Assembly: GCA_963666055.2 (NCBI GenBank)
Contig: CAXWPH010000002.1
Coordinates: 128,001-192,000 of the forward strand
Length of the DNA stretch: 64,000 bases
Direction of reading: 5' to 3'
Source of the DNA: Acidobacteriota bacterium
GTDB lineage: Bacteria; Acidobacteriota; UBA890; WLXD01
The notes under the pieces were generated by a model that ran no database searches, was not told the origin of the DNA, and was given only the letters and a program-made list of their open reading frames with translations. Numbering within the stretch: the stretch's first letter is position 1; each line of letters starts with the position of its first letter. This document shows positions 29,227 through 38,407 of this stretch, piece by piece. Position numbers and translations under genes: made by a program.

Positions 29227-30048
29227 TCACTTTTCGGCACCTTCGGGGTTAGCTCTCTTGGCGCGGTCGATCCAGGCGTCGGCGTCCGGATGGCCCCGTT
29301 GCTGCCATTCCCGGGCTCGATCCATAGTCCGCCGATAGGCGTCGCGGCTTGCCGCGGCGTCGTCGACTTCGGCGTAGGCCTCGGCTAGCGCGAGGAGGTT
29401 GGGGGGGTACTCGGGGTAGAGCTCGACTGCGCGTCGCGCCTGCTCCAGGCCCTCGTCCGCGTCTCCGGGACCGGTGGGCCAGCCGGGCGCTTGCACCAGC
29501 ATTTGCGACAACACGCGCCGAGGTCCCGCGTAGTCGAGACGTTCGTGCCCGGCGATGGCAGCACGGAGCTCGCGTTCCATCGTGCGTAGCCCGTCCGAAG
29601 CCGTGGCGCGACGCTGGTTGGCTTGTACGCCGACGGCGATCGCCAGCCAGTAGTGGCAGTCCGGGTTCGTTGGCTCGCGCCTTCGGCACCACTGGGCCGT
29701 TTGCACTGCCTCGGTGGCCTTGTCCTTACGAGCCTGCGGATCGTCCAAATGCTCCCCGAGCCAGGTCTGTGCCCTCACGGCACCGATGATTGCCAGTGCG
29801 CTCGACGGACGGGCGATGGCGGATCGGATCCAGAGGGCCTCGGCCTGACGCACCGCGTCGACCTTGGGGCGTAGCCCGAACGCTTCCTCGGCGGCGGTAG
29901 CCAGACGGGCAGCCTCCTCCTCGTCGATGCGTTCCGGATCGACGCGGCCGAGCGCCGAGCTCGTGTCGAGCGGCTGGAGCGCAGCGACACACGCGGACGA
30001 AGCGAGAGCTGCGGCTGCCAGTAAGGCGGCGGATCGACGAAGGCTCAT
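29227..30048 (-). CDS. TPR/TatT-like lipoprotein (BstC-like)
   Basis: Lipobox LASSA-C and a helical body with CHYWLAIAVG, DYAGPRRVL and QAPGWPTGPGD. Confidence 0.75.
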   Translation of the reverse strand: MSLRRSAALLAAAALASSACVAALQPLDTSSALGRVDPERIDEEEAARLATAAEEAFGLRPKVDAVRQAEALWIRSAIARPSSALAIIGAVRAQTWLGEHLDDPQARKDKATEAVQTAQWCRRREPTNPDCHYWLAIAVGVQANQRRATASDGLRTMERELRAAIAGHERLDYAGPRRVLSQMLVQAPGWPTGPGDADEGLEQARRAVELYPEYPPNLLALAEAYAEVDDAAASRDAYRRTMDRAREWQQRGHPDADAWIDRAKRANPEGAEK

Positions 30049-30938
30049 CGAGCCGCCGAGTACGCCGCCCGGGCAAGGTCCAGCGCCTCGGCGTCCAGGG
30101 CTTCGAAGCGCTCTAGTCGCATGGTTTCGAGCACGTCAGCGAAGCTCGCCGACTGGTGGATGCCGAGCAGCCCGTGGACTAACTGCCGACGCACCGGCTC
30201 GTCGACGCGGTCGCCCACGACGACGACGAGCCAGGCCAAGAGAGGCGGTGACGTCGCCACCACCTCGAGCGACTCCGCGCCCGGAAACGAAGCCAACGCG
30301 GCAGTCTGGTTGCCATCGAGAAGTACGGCAACTTCCTCGCCGGCGGCCACACGCCGTATGCCGGCAAGGACCCGCCGTGTGAACTTGACGGAAAGCGAAT
30401 CCGGCAGCTCCCCCCAATGCGCCAGTGCCGGCCCGCGTACGAAACCGGGTGCGTATGCCGGAATGCCTAGTAGCTCCCAGCCGGAGAGCGAGGCGGGCCC
30501 GGTGACCGCTCCGGCGAAAGCCACCAGGCTCCAGCGCTCGGTGGCGCTCCCGGACGCCTGTACCGCCTGCACCACCGCCGTGAGCACCAGCTCCTGCTCG
30601 TACTTCAGATATAGCGGTAGTGGCACCAACGCCAGCGACGTGGCGTGGTCGCGTAGACGGCCTACCCCGGCTTCCTCGCTCGGATGGTATTCGGCCGTCA
30701 AGGTCCCGGTCGGCCACCCTGAGGCGTCCGAGACCATCGCTGCGAAGTCGTTCATCGTCGGCTGCGCCTGCTCGGTGTTGCTCGGATACCCTGGCGCGCA
30801 GGCCACCAGCCGCAGAGTCTCCAGGTCGGCGGATACGCCAGCCTGACTCCCACCGCCTGCCGTCGTCGCAGCTGCCGTCGTCGCACAAAGCGCCACCGCG
30901 AAGAGAAGCTTGTTCATCGTCGGCGCAGAATCGTTCAT
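30045..30938 (-). CDS. Periplasmic PhnD/phosphonate-binding-like protein (BstB-like)
   Basis: Signal peptide, CAPGYP and SBP-like alpha/beta pattern. Coupled by a 4-bp overlap to the lipoprotein. Confidence 0.65.
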   Translation of the reverse strand: MNDSAPTMNKLLFAVALCATTAAATTAGGGSQAGVSADLETLRLVACAPGYPSNTEQAQPTMNDFAAMVSDASGWPTGTLTAEYHPSEEAGVGRLRDHATSLALVPLPLYLKYEQELVLTAVVQAVQASGSATERWSLVAFAGAVTGPASLSGWELLGIPAYAPGFVRGPALAHWGELPDSLSVKFTRRVLAGIRRVAAGEEVAVLLDGNQTAALASFPGAESLEVVATSPPLLAWLVVVVGDRVDEPVRRQLVHGLLGIHQSASFADVLETMRLERFEALDAEALDLARAAYSAAR

Positions 30939-30984
30939 CGTGGGGAGGGTTGTCAGTATTCTTCGAAAGAATACCTGCCACCTG

Positions 30985-33678
30985 TCAACGGCGCGCGATC
31001 CCGCTCACGATCAACAGGTTCGGCAGCACGATCAAGGCGGCGACAGTGCAAGCGCCCACCCCTAGCAGCAGTACGACCCCAAGGCTCGCCATGCCGCGGT
31101 GTGTAGCAAACACGAGGCTTCCGAATCCCACCATGGTCGTAAGCGAAGCGATGAGGATCGCCCGCCCGGTATGCGAAACGACCGTCATGATGCCGGCGCC
31201 GCCCTCTAGTCGCAGTCGGTGGACGATGTGTACTCCGGCATCGATGCCGACTCCCAGGACGATCGGCACCGCCACCAGGTTGGCGAAATTAAACGACAGA
31301 CCGAGCGCCCACATGAGTCCGAGCATCCATACCGTCCCGAAGAAAACCGGGACGAGGGCGAGAGCCGTGTGCCGCGCGTTGCGCAGATCCAGCAGCAGCA
31401 CCAGGAACACGACCAACGCGGCGCTCGCGAATGCTAGCCCGAACCCCGAGGTGATCAAGGCAGAGTGGGTTTCGAAGAGCACCGGAAAGCCGATGGCGTC
31501 GTTGGCGACGCGGCGCGACGCGAAGTTGAACTGTCGCAGGAAGCGGGTGTCATAAATATCGCCTGCCGGGAACAGATAGCCAACGTATCGGTCGTCCTCG
31601 GTGATGAATCGATCGACGATGTCTGAAGGCAAGGATGCTCGGGTCGGGAGCGGCACGCCGGCGGCGTCGCGCAGCTGCTGTAGGACGCTGAACGCCTCGA
31701 GGCGCAGGGCCTCCTGTGCCTCGGCCCACTCGGCGATCCGCTCGCGGCTCGCCGCGATCGTTAGCTCGATGGCTCTTGCGGTCACCTGACGGGCCTCTTC
31801 CAAGGCTCCGGACACCCCTCCCAGCCCGGCAACGAAAGCGTCGTCGGCGGCGATGGCCAAGGCAGACTCTAGTCGCGACAGCGAGTCACTCAGGCGGCGG
31901 CCGTCGAACGCCGCCTCGCCCACCTCGATGACTTCCAGAGTCCGGCGGAGGCGCGCCGCGGCGGCCTCCGACGCCAACGGTTGATCGGGCAGGAATGCGA
32001 GTACCGATTCGAACCGGCGGATGCTGGCCTCGCTCTCGGCGCGCCGACGTAGCGCGCGGAGCTGTTCCAGATCGTCGGCAACGACGAGGTTGAAGTCGTG
32101 GCTGAGCGCCGACTCGTCGTTGATGATCTGCAGATAGCGGATTGACTCGGAGCCTGCCGGGAGAAGCTCTAACAGGCTCGATTCCAGCTTCACGCGGCTC
32201 GCTGCGAGCCCGGCGATCGCGGTCAGGCCGATCGCCAGCGCGACGACTAGGCTCGGTGACGCGCAAACCCAACGGGCTGCCCGATCGTCCCAGATCTGGT
32301 CGACGGCGGCAGGTGCGGCGGCGTTGTCGTCTTCGCGGCTGCCGCGCAACAACAGCAGCGCCGGTAGCACCAGCAGGGCGGCAAGCAGGCAGAGCAGCAC
32401 GCCGACGCTGGTGACCAGGCCCAGCTGGGAAAAACCACGGAAGTCCATGAGCAGCAGACAGGCAAAGACCGCCGAGGTGGTGAACGCCGACGCGACGACT
32501 GCGGCACTTGTCTTTCGAAGCGCGGCGCGCACCGCCTCCCGTCGCCCTTTGTGCTGCCGTTCGAGCTCGTACTGCGATAGGGGGTGCACTGCGTAGTCGA
32601 TACCCATGCCGACGAGAATGGGGATCAGGGCCGCGGTGATGATGTTGAGCGACCCAATCTCGAGCTGCACCGCGCCGATCGACCAAATCACTCCGGCCGC
32701 CCGGGTCGCCAAACCGAGCAGAGCGTGGCGCCGCCGGCGGAACACCAGCAACGAGATTCCGAGTACGCCGACGATAGCGATCAACGAAGTGCGGCGGGTG
32801 TCTCGTCCTATGGCGTTCATTTCTTCCACGGCCATGGCGACAGGACCGGTGAGTCCGTAGCGAACGCCTGGATGCTCCGACAATACGGAGGTGACGGCCA
32901 CGCGGACGCTATCCACCAGCGTTCGCTGCGCTTCCAGGCTGCTATCCAGGTTCGCGGGGCTGACCAGTACGAACAAAACGCGCTCATCACTGGTCGACAG
33001 GTAGCCATCAGCGGTCAGCGATCCGCGCCGCCCGCTGTCGATCAGCCTCAGCGGCGCCTGCTTCAGCCGATCGACGAACCCATGAGGGTCGCTGAGGAAG
33101 TCGCGCTCGGCGTCGACGAGCGCGAGGAGCCGGGTGGCTGCTACGGCAGCATCGTCCGACCGCAAGACGCTGCCGGATTCGAGTGAATCCTCGACGCCAG
33201 TGGCAATGCGTACGTTCAGGTTGGCCCAGCTAGTCAGGGTCAGCGTGCCATCGACAGCAAGCAGCCCCTGCAACATCTCGAACGCCTGCTCGACCATGTC
33301 CGCCGGCGCCAAGGCAAGCGCATGATCGGCAAGCCATTCCAAGTCGATGCGGTAGAACACGCTACGTACCTGCGAGTCTGCCTGTAGGCGCTCGGCGATC
33401 TCTCGCGCCGTGGTCTCCAGCTCTTCAACCGATGCGCCGCTCGCGCTTGCCTCGAGCGCGACAATGAGCGGCTCAGCGCTGGCGAACTGGGAGCGCAGCG
33501 AGTTCCATCGCGCCTGGTCCACGTCGTCTTGTGGCACCAGCTCCTGTCGCGAGGTCAGGAACTCGATTCCCGTTCCCAGCCAAATGGAGATAGCGCACAG
33601 TGCCACAGCGATGGTCAGCACGGCGCGTGGATGGTCCAGAACCAACGATTCGGCGCGCTTGAGCACAGGGCGTATCAT
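30985..33678 (-). CDS. RND/MMPL lipid transporter (HpnN/BstA-like)
   Basis: 897 aa with two TM blocks carrying ILVGMGIDYAVH and LGVGIDAGVHIVHR, plus GLTGP and TTMVGFGSL. Confidence 0.92.
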   Translation of the reverse strand: MIRPVLKRAESLVLDHPRAVLTIAVALCAISIWLGTGIEFLTSRQELVPQDDVDQARWNSLRSQFASAEPLIVALEASASGASVEELETTAREIAERLQADSQVRSVFYRIDLEWLADHALALAPADMVEQAFEMLQGLLAVDGTLTLTSWANLNVRIATGVEDSLESGSVLRSDDAAVAATRLLALVDAERDFLSDPHGFVDRLKQAPLRLIDSGRRGSLTADGYLSTSDERVLFVLVSPANLDSSLEAQRTLVDSVRVAVTSVLSEHPGVRYGLTGPVAMAVEEMNAIGRDTRRTSLIAIVGVLGISLLVFRRRRHALLGLATRAAGVIWSIGAVQLEIGSLNIITAALIPILVGMGIDYAVHPLSQYELERQHKGRREAVRAALRKTSAAVVASAFTTSAVFACLLLMDFRGFSQLGLVTSVGVLLCLLAALLVLPALLLLRGSREDDNAAAPAAVDQIWDDRAARWVCASPSLVVALAIGLTAIAGLAASRVKLESSLLELLPAGSESIRYLQIINDESALSHDFNLVVADDLEQLRALRRRAESEASIRRFESVLAFLPDQPLASEAAAARLRRTLEVIEVGEAAFDGRRLSDSLSRLESALAIAADDAFVAGLGGVSGALEEARQVTARAIELTIAASRERIAEWAEAQEALRLEAFSVLQQLRDAAGVPLPTRASLPSDIVDRFITEDDRYVGYLFPAGDIYDTRFLRQFNFASRRVANDAIGFPVLFETHSALITSGFGLAFASAALVVFLVLLLDLRNARHTALALVPVFFGTVWMLGLMWALGLSFNFANLVAVPIVLGVGIDAGVHIVHRLRLEGGAGIMTVVSHTGRAILIASLTTMVGFGSLVFATHRGMASLGVVLLLGVGACTVAALIVLPNLLIVSGIARR

Positions 33679-33810
33679 GCGCGGCAGTCTACCGAATGAG
33701 GCTGGCGGCGACTGGCGAGCCAGGAGCGCACAATGCGCACTATGCCGCGTCCACGAGCACCCTGTAGCATCGCGCTCACCTGACCAGCCCGCCCCCCTTG
33801 CGAGAATGCC

Positions 33811-34770
33811 GTGAAGTCGCTGATTCTCACCCAGTCTGATATTCGCTCCGTGGTGAAGATGAGCGCCGTGGTACCCGCGATCGAGACGGCGTTCGAGGCG
33901 CATGGGCGCGGCGACACACAGATGCCGGTGAAGGTCTACCTCGATCTGCCTGAGCACCATGGCGACTTCCGGGCCATGCCCGCCTACATGGATGGATCGG
34001 CGGGGGTGAAGTGGGTCAACTCGCACCCGCGGAACCCGGAGGACCACGGGTTGCCGTCGGTTCTCGGCATGTACATTCTCAGCGACCCGTCCACTGCTGT
34101 GCCGCTGGCGGTCATGGATGCAACGCTGCTGACTGCGCTGCGCACCGGCGCGGCGGCGGCTGTCGCTGCCAAGCACCTGGCGCGGCCGGATGCCCGCAGC
34201 GTCGGCTTCGTCGGTTGTGGCGTGCAGGCGCGTACCATGCTCGACGCGCTACGCGTTGTCTTGGACGGCCTGCAGGTCGTGGCTGCCGATCAGAACCCCG
34301 ACGCGGCGGCTACTTTCGCCACTGAGATTGGCGGAATTGTCGGCGACGTGGCGGCTGCAGCAGCCTGCGACATCGTTTGCACCGCAACGCCTTCGCGCAC
34401 CCCGATCGTGCGTCACGAGTGGGTGAAGCCGGGTACGCACATCAACGCCATGGGTGCCGATGCGCACGGCAAGCAGGAGCTCGAGTCCAGCCTGATGGCG
34501 GCTGCCAAGGTAGTCATTGACGACTGGCAGCAGGCCTGTGCGAGTGGCGAGGTGAACGTGCCCTTGCAGGAAGGCTCGCTCGCTCGAGACGACATTCACG
34601 CCGCCCTGGGGGAGATTGTGGCGAGGTTGGCGCCGGGTCGTGAGACCGATGCCGAGATTACCGTGTTCGATTCCACCGGGCTCGCCGTACAAGACGTCGC
34701 GTTGGCGCGCCTAATATACGAGCAGGCCCGCGCCGCCGGGGTCGGTCTGGAGGTCGATTTTCTCGCCTAG
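33811..34770 (+). CDS. Ornithine cyclodeaminase/mu-crystallin family (archaeal-type alanine dehydrogenase-like)
   Basis: MPVKVYL..GDFRAMPAY..AGVKWVNSHP, LRTGAA, GCGVQA, HINAMGAD and FDSTGLAVQD motifs. Confidence 0.9.
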   Translation: MKSLILTQSDIRSVVKMSAVVPAIETAFEAHGRGDTQMPVKVYLDLPEHHGDFRAMPAYMDGSAGVKWVNSHPRNPEDHGLPSVLGMYILSDPSTAVPLAVMDATLLTALRTGAAAAVAAKHLARPDARSVGFVGCGVQARTMLDALRVVLDGLQVVAADQNPDAAATFATEIGGIVGDVAAAAACDIVCTATPSRTPIVRHEWVKPGTHINAMGADAHGKQELESSLMAAAKVVIDDWQQACASGEVNVPLQEGSLARDDIHAALGEIVARLAPGRETDAEITVFDSTGLAVQDVALARLIYEQARAAGVGLEVDFLA

Positions 34771-34846
34771 TCGCCTGTGCCAGTGGTGGAGGCCGGCCGT
34801 ACGGGTGGACCCGGCGCGTACCCAAACGAGTGAAGGAGCGATGGCC

Positions 34847-35971
34847 ATGAAGACGCGCGGATTTCAACAGACCAGCTGGTGGTTTACCCTGTTGCTGGTC
34901 GTCGCCACGGCATGCGTGCCGACGACCGTCGCTGCTCCGGCAGCGATGCAGTACGCGCAGCTGCATCACTCCGAGTACGGAGCCGCGATCGAGGCTGCGC
35001 GCGCTGTTGTTCAGGAGCGCCTGCTCGAGTACCCCGGACTGTCGATCGCCGTTGGAATCGACGACCGGATCGTCTGGGCAGAGGGATTCGGCTGGGCCGA
35101 TATCGAGCAGTGTGTTCCGGTGCGACCCACGTCTCGGTTTCGCGTCGGCAGCGTCGCCAAGCCGATGACCGCGTCGCTTCTCGGCCTGCTCTACGAGGAA
35201 GGCAAGATCGACCTCGACGCGCCGGTGCAGACATACGTGCGGACGTTTCCAGAGAAGAGCCACCCGATCTCTACGCGCCTGCTCGCCGGGCACCTGGCCG
35301 GCATTCGCGACTACGAAGGCGACGAGTTCTTCAGCGCCGTTCGCTACGACACCGTGTCGGAAGGGCTGGAAATCTTCGCTGCCGACCCGTTGCGGTTCGA
35401 GCCGAGCAGCGAGTACTTGTACTCGAGCTACGGATGGAACCTGATCAGCGCCATCATCGAGGGTGCGAGCGGCGAGGAGTTTCTACCGCAAATGCAGAGC
35501 CGCGTATTCGAGCCGCTTGGCATGCTCGACACAACTTCGGATCAGAATGCCTTGATTGTCCGCGAGCGGGTCCGACCTTATGAGCGCGGGGATGACGGAC
35601 TCCTGTACAACGCCCCTCATGTCGACAACAGTTACAAGTGGGCCGGCGGGGGGTTTCTCTCTACTGCACAGGACCTCGTGCGCTTCGGCATGGCGCACAT
35701 GAAGCCCGGCTTCTTGCAGATGGCGACCCTGCAGGAGTGGCAGACGTCACAACGAACGAACGATGGCCTGGAGACCGGCTACGGAATGGGCTGGAGCGTT
35801 GGCACGGACGCGTCGGGCCGCCGAAGCGTCGGTCACGGCGGCGGCTCGGTGGGCGGAACCACCGGGCTCATGCTGCTGCCGGATGACGGCTTGGTGATTG
35901 CCGTCACCAGCAACATGAGCGGCGCGCCGGGTTTTCCCACTCAGGAAATTGTCGATCTGTTCCTGCAGTAG
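34847..35971 (+). CDS. Serine hydrolase, beta-lactamase family (class C/LACTB-like)
   Basis: SxxK (GSVAKP), YSSYGW, NSYKWAGGG and GHGGG motifs, with a signal peptide. Confidence 0.9.
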   Translation: MKTRGFQQTSWWFTLLLVVATACVPTTVAAPAAMQYAQLHHSEYGAAIEAARAVVQERLLEYPGLSIAVGIDDRIVWAEGFGWADIEQCVPVRPTSRFRVGSVAKPMTASLLGLLYEEGKIDLDAPVQTYVRTFPEKSHPISTRLLAGHLAGIRDYEGDEFFSAVRYDTVSEGLEIFAADPLRFEPSSEYLYSSYGWNLISAIIEGASGEEFLPQMQSRVFEPLGMLDTTSDQNALIVRERVRPYERGDDGLLYNAPHVDNSYKWAGGGFLSTAQDLVRFGMAHMKPGFLQMATLQEWQTSQRTNDGLETGYGMGWSVGTDASGRRSVGHGGGSVGGTTGLMLLPDDGLVIAVTSNMSGAPGFPTQEIVDLFLQ

Positions 35972-35990
35972 CCGCCGCGGTCATGGCATG

Positions 35991-36785
35991 TCAGGAAGCC
36001 CGGCGGAGTTTGATATCTCCGTTCATCGTGGATAACGAGATCGAGCGCCCTCCGGAGCCGATCGTGCCGCTCGCCTTGTTGCGGATCCAGCCTGACTTCT
36101 CCAACGGCCAGTCAGACTCGACGCTGCCGTTCATCGTCGAGGCGCTCACGTCGGCGTTCGCACCGACCGGCAGCACCACCTCGATGGCCACGTTCATCGA
36201 CTTCAGCTCGAGGTCTCCCGACCAGTCGGTCGAACCGATGCGTGTCCACACCTCGCCGTTCATCGTCGAGGCGCGCGCCCAGCCCGTCGTCCATACCTCG
36301 ATGGCACCGTTCATCGTCAGTAGCTCGACGTCACTGCGCAGGTTGTCGGCGCCGATGCGGCCATTCATCGTCTGGCCGACGAACCGTACTCCGGCCGGGA
36401 CGCGCACGGTGAAGGTCACCTTGGTCTTGTTCTTGTTGCTGCTCATGTGCCCCGAGTCGGGCTCGCAGTCGTTGCTCGACCACAGTCGCCCTGGATAGAT
36501 CGAGCAGATGGTCACGCCATCGTCGTGCTCGACGACCTCGAAGGTGACCTCGTCTCGGTCAACGGCGGGCCCCTCCTTGACGGCCTTTACCTCGACGCGG
36601 TCGCCGTCGCTGTATTCGGCTATCAACGGGCCGTTGGCGTTCTTGATCTGCAGCGTCTTGCCTGGGGCGACACTGCCCGACCAGCTGAATTCGTCATTGC
36701 TCTGCACGGCGGTCGGGCCCATGCCGGTCAACAGAATGGCGGCAAAGCCGGTTGCCAAAGCGAGTCGAAGGCGAGTGCTCATCAC
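35991..36785 (-). CDS. DUF4097 beta-strand repeat (adhesin-like) protein
   Basis: Repeated (S/T)MNGxI units and a signal peptide. Confidence 0.85.
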   Translation of the reverse strand: MMSTRLRLALATGFAAILLTGMGPTAVQSNDEFSWSGSVAPGKTLQIKNANGPLIAEYSDGDRVEVKAVKEGPAVDRDEVTFEVVEHDDGVTICSIYPGRLWSSNDCEPDSGHMSSNKNKTKVTFTVRVPAGVRFVGQTMNGRIGADNLRSDVELLTMNGAIEVWTTGWARASTMNGEVWTRIGSTDWSGDLELKSMNVAIEVVLPVGANADVSASTMNGSVESDWPLEKSGWIRNKASGTIGSGGRSISLSTMNGDIKLRRAS

Positions 36786-36964
36786 GGGCGCTGCTCCTTA
36801 CGAGGGGATTGCCGATCGTAGGGCGTGGGGTCTCCACGGGTGGTCGGAGACTCTTGCTCTGCCCTTCTCTACGGTTGGACGCCACCCGAAGTTGCGCGGT
36901 TGCCACATCAACGCGATAACGAGTGCGATGCCCGCGACCAAATCTGGGCTCGCGGGTTTGCGTC

Positions 36965-37384
36965 CTATGTCGCGCGAGCGCGGATCTGATCGACGAAGAG
37001 ATGGGCTTTCGGCGTTGAGAACCTGCATTCGACTTTTCCCGACGCGTCGTCGTCGAACGCCGCTGCTTCAAACGCCACGAGTAACCTGGCGTTGCCCTCG
37101 AGCTCGCAGCGGAGCTTCTCCAGCGCTTCGGCCTTCAGTGGGATGTTGACGATCGGCTTGGAGAACGTGAACGCCGCGAAACGCTCTTGCGTGACGACCA
37201 GGGAGCCGACGAACCAGCTAGCCCGATAGAGGGAGCGCTTGCCGGGTGCACGAAAGTTCCGATAGGTAACCCAGCCGCTGATGCCCTCCTCCATCAACAC
37301 CAGCCCCTCCTCACGCAGCACCGGCAGCAGGGCCGCGGGCACGCTGCCGATTCCGAACAGCCGGTGGAGGAAGCTCTTCGCCAC
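36965..37384 (-). CDS. Conserved hypothetical protein
   Basis: Compact 139-aa ORF in operon orientation with protein-like composition (RLFGIG, YRNFRAPGK). Confidence 0.7.
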   Translation of the reverse strand: MAKSFLHRLFGIGSVPAALLPVLREEGLVLMEEGISGWVTYRNFRAPGKRSLYRASWFVGSLVVTQERFAAFTFSKPIVNIPLKAEALEKLRCELEGNARLLVAFEAAAFDDDASGKVECRFSTPKAHLFVDQIRARAT

Positions 37385-37433
37385 TGCTCTGATCGCCTCG
37401 AGCGGTCAGTCTGGCAGGCCGGCCGCGGTTGAT

Positions 37434-38381
37434 CTATCGAATCTCACTCAAGAAGCCTCTGACAGCTTCGTGAAACGCAACGGGCTGCTCGACGAACGGG
37501 AAGTGCCCGGCTTCCGGGATCAGCGTGAGCCGTGATCCCGGCATGCTGTCGTGCAGTGCCTTTCCACCGAGCTCCACCGCCGGTTCGTCGGCCCCGTACA
37601 GGATCAACGTCGGTACCGACACCTCTGCGAGGCGCTCATGAAGGTCGAAGCTCGTCAGGTCCACCATGATCGCACCGAACTGCTCGCTGCGCTGCGAGTA
37701 GTCGTCGGGAACGTACAGATCGAGATCGGCGAGTCGTTCCGGATCGTGGAACTGCGGCCTGAACGACAGGCGCAGGAGCTCCTCGATGGCGCTTGGCTCG
37801 CGGTTGGCGAAGGCATCGGTGCCCATGATCTCTTGACGGCGGACGCCATCCTCCGCGGTGATGCGCTCGGCCAGCAGCGCCTCCTCCTGTTGCCAAAACT
37901 CCGAGCTGGCGGGCATGGAGTCGAGCAGTATCAGCGATCGGAGGTTGCCGCCATGCTCCAGGGCATAGTTGATCGCCAACAGCCCGCCCCACGAATGCGC
38001 CATCAGGTGGATCCGACCGAGCTCCAACGACACGCGTAGGGACTCGATGTCGTCGACGAAAGCGGCGATCCGCACGGTGCTCGGGTCGACCGTCGGCGCC
38101 GAGCGCCCGCTCAGCCGCTGGTCGTAGAAGACCAGCTCGTAGGAGTCGGCGAGCGGTGCCAGGTGGGGAAGTAGATAGCCGTGCTCGAGAACTGGTCCGC
38201 CGTGAACGACGACGATCGGGTCTCCGGCACCCATCTGCTTCACGTACAGCTCGGTGCCGTTGATCTCCCGTCGACCCTTGTCGATCGGAAGCTCTGACGG
38301 TGCCCCCGAGCATGTGGCAGCGCTGAGGATGCCCAGCAGGACACACGACAGGTTCCTCAGGTCATGCATCATTCCGCGCAT
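37434..38381 (-). CDS. Alpha/beta hydrolase (proline iminopeptidase-like)
   Basis: VVHGGP, YDQR.SGRS, AHSWGG nucleophile elbow and AGHFPFVE. Confidence 0.9.
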   Translation of the reverse strand: MRGMMHDLRNLSCVLLGILSAATCSGAPSELPIDKGRREINGTELYVKQMGAGDPIVVVHGGPVLEHGYLLPHLAPLADSYELVFYDQRLSGRSAPTVDPSTVRIAAFVDDIESLRVSLELGRIHLMAHSWGGLLAINYALEHGGNLRSLILLDSMPASSEFWQQEEALLAERITAEDGVRRQEIMGTDAFANREPSAIEELLRLSFRPQFHDPERLADLDLYVPDDYSQRSEQFGAIMVDLTSFDLHERLAEVSVPTLILYGADEPAVELGGKALHDSMPGSRLTLIPEAGHFPFVEQPVAFHEAVRGFLSEIR

Positions 38382-38407
38382 GAAGTAACGGCGACCATCG
38401 GCGAACG

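Noticed and set aside
30045-30938. Phosphonate ABC uptake system
   Set aside because: There are no PhnC/PhnE partners, and the context is RND + lipoprotein + squalene synthase.
33679-34176. 166-aa N-terminal extension of the RND protein
   Set aside because: It overlaps the opposite-strand OCD-family gene. A -10 box 7 nt before ATG 33678 supports the shorter start.
34847-35971. Antibiotic-resistance beta-lactamase
   Set aside because: The motifs fit the broad serine hydrolase/LACTB-like group, and nothing indicates beta-lactam specificity.
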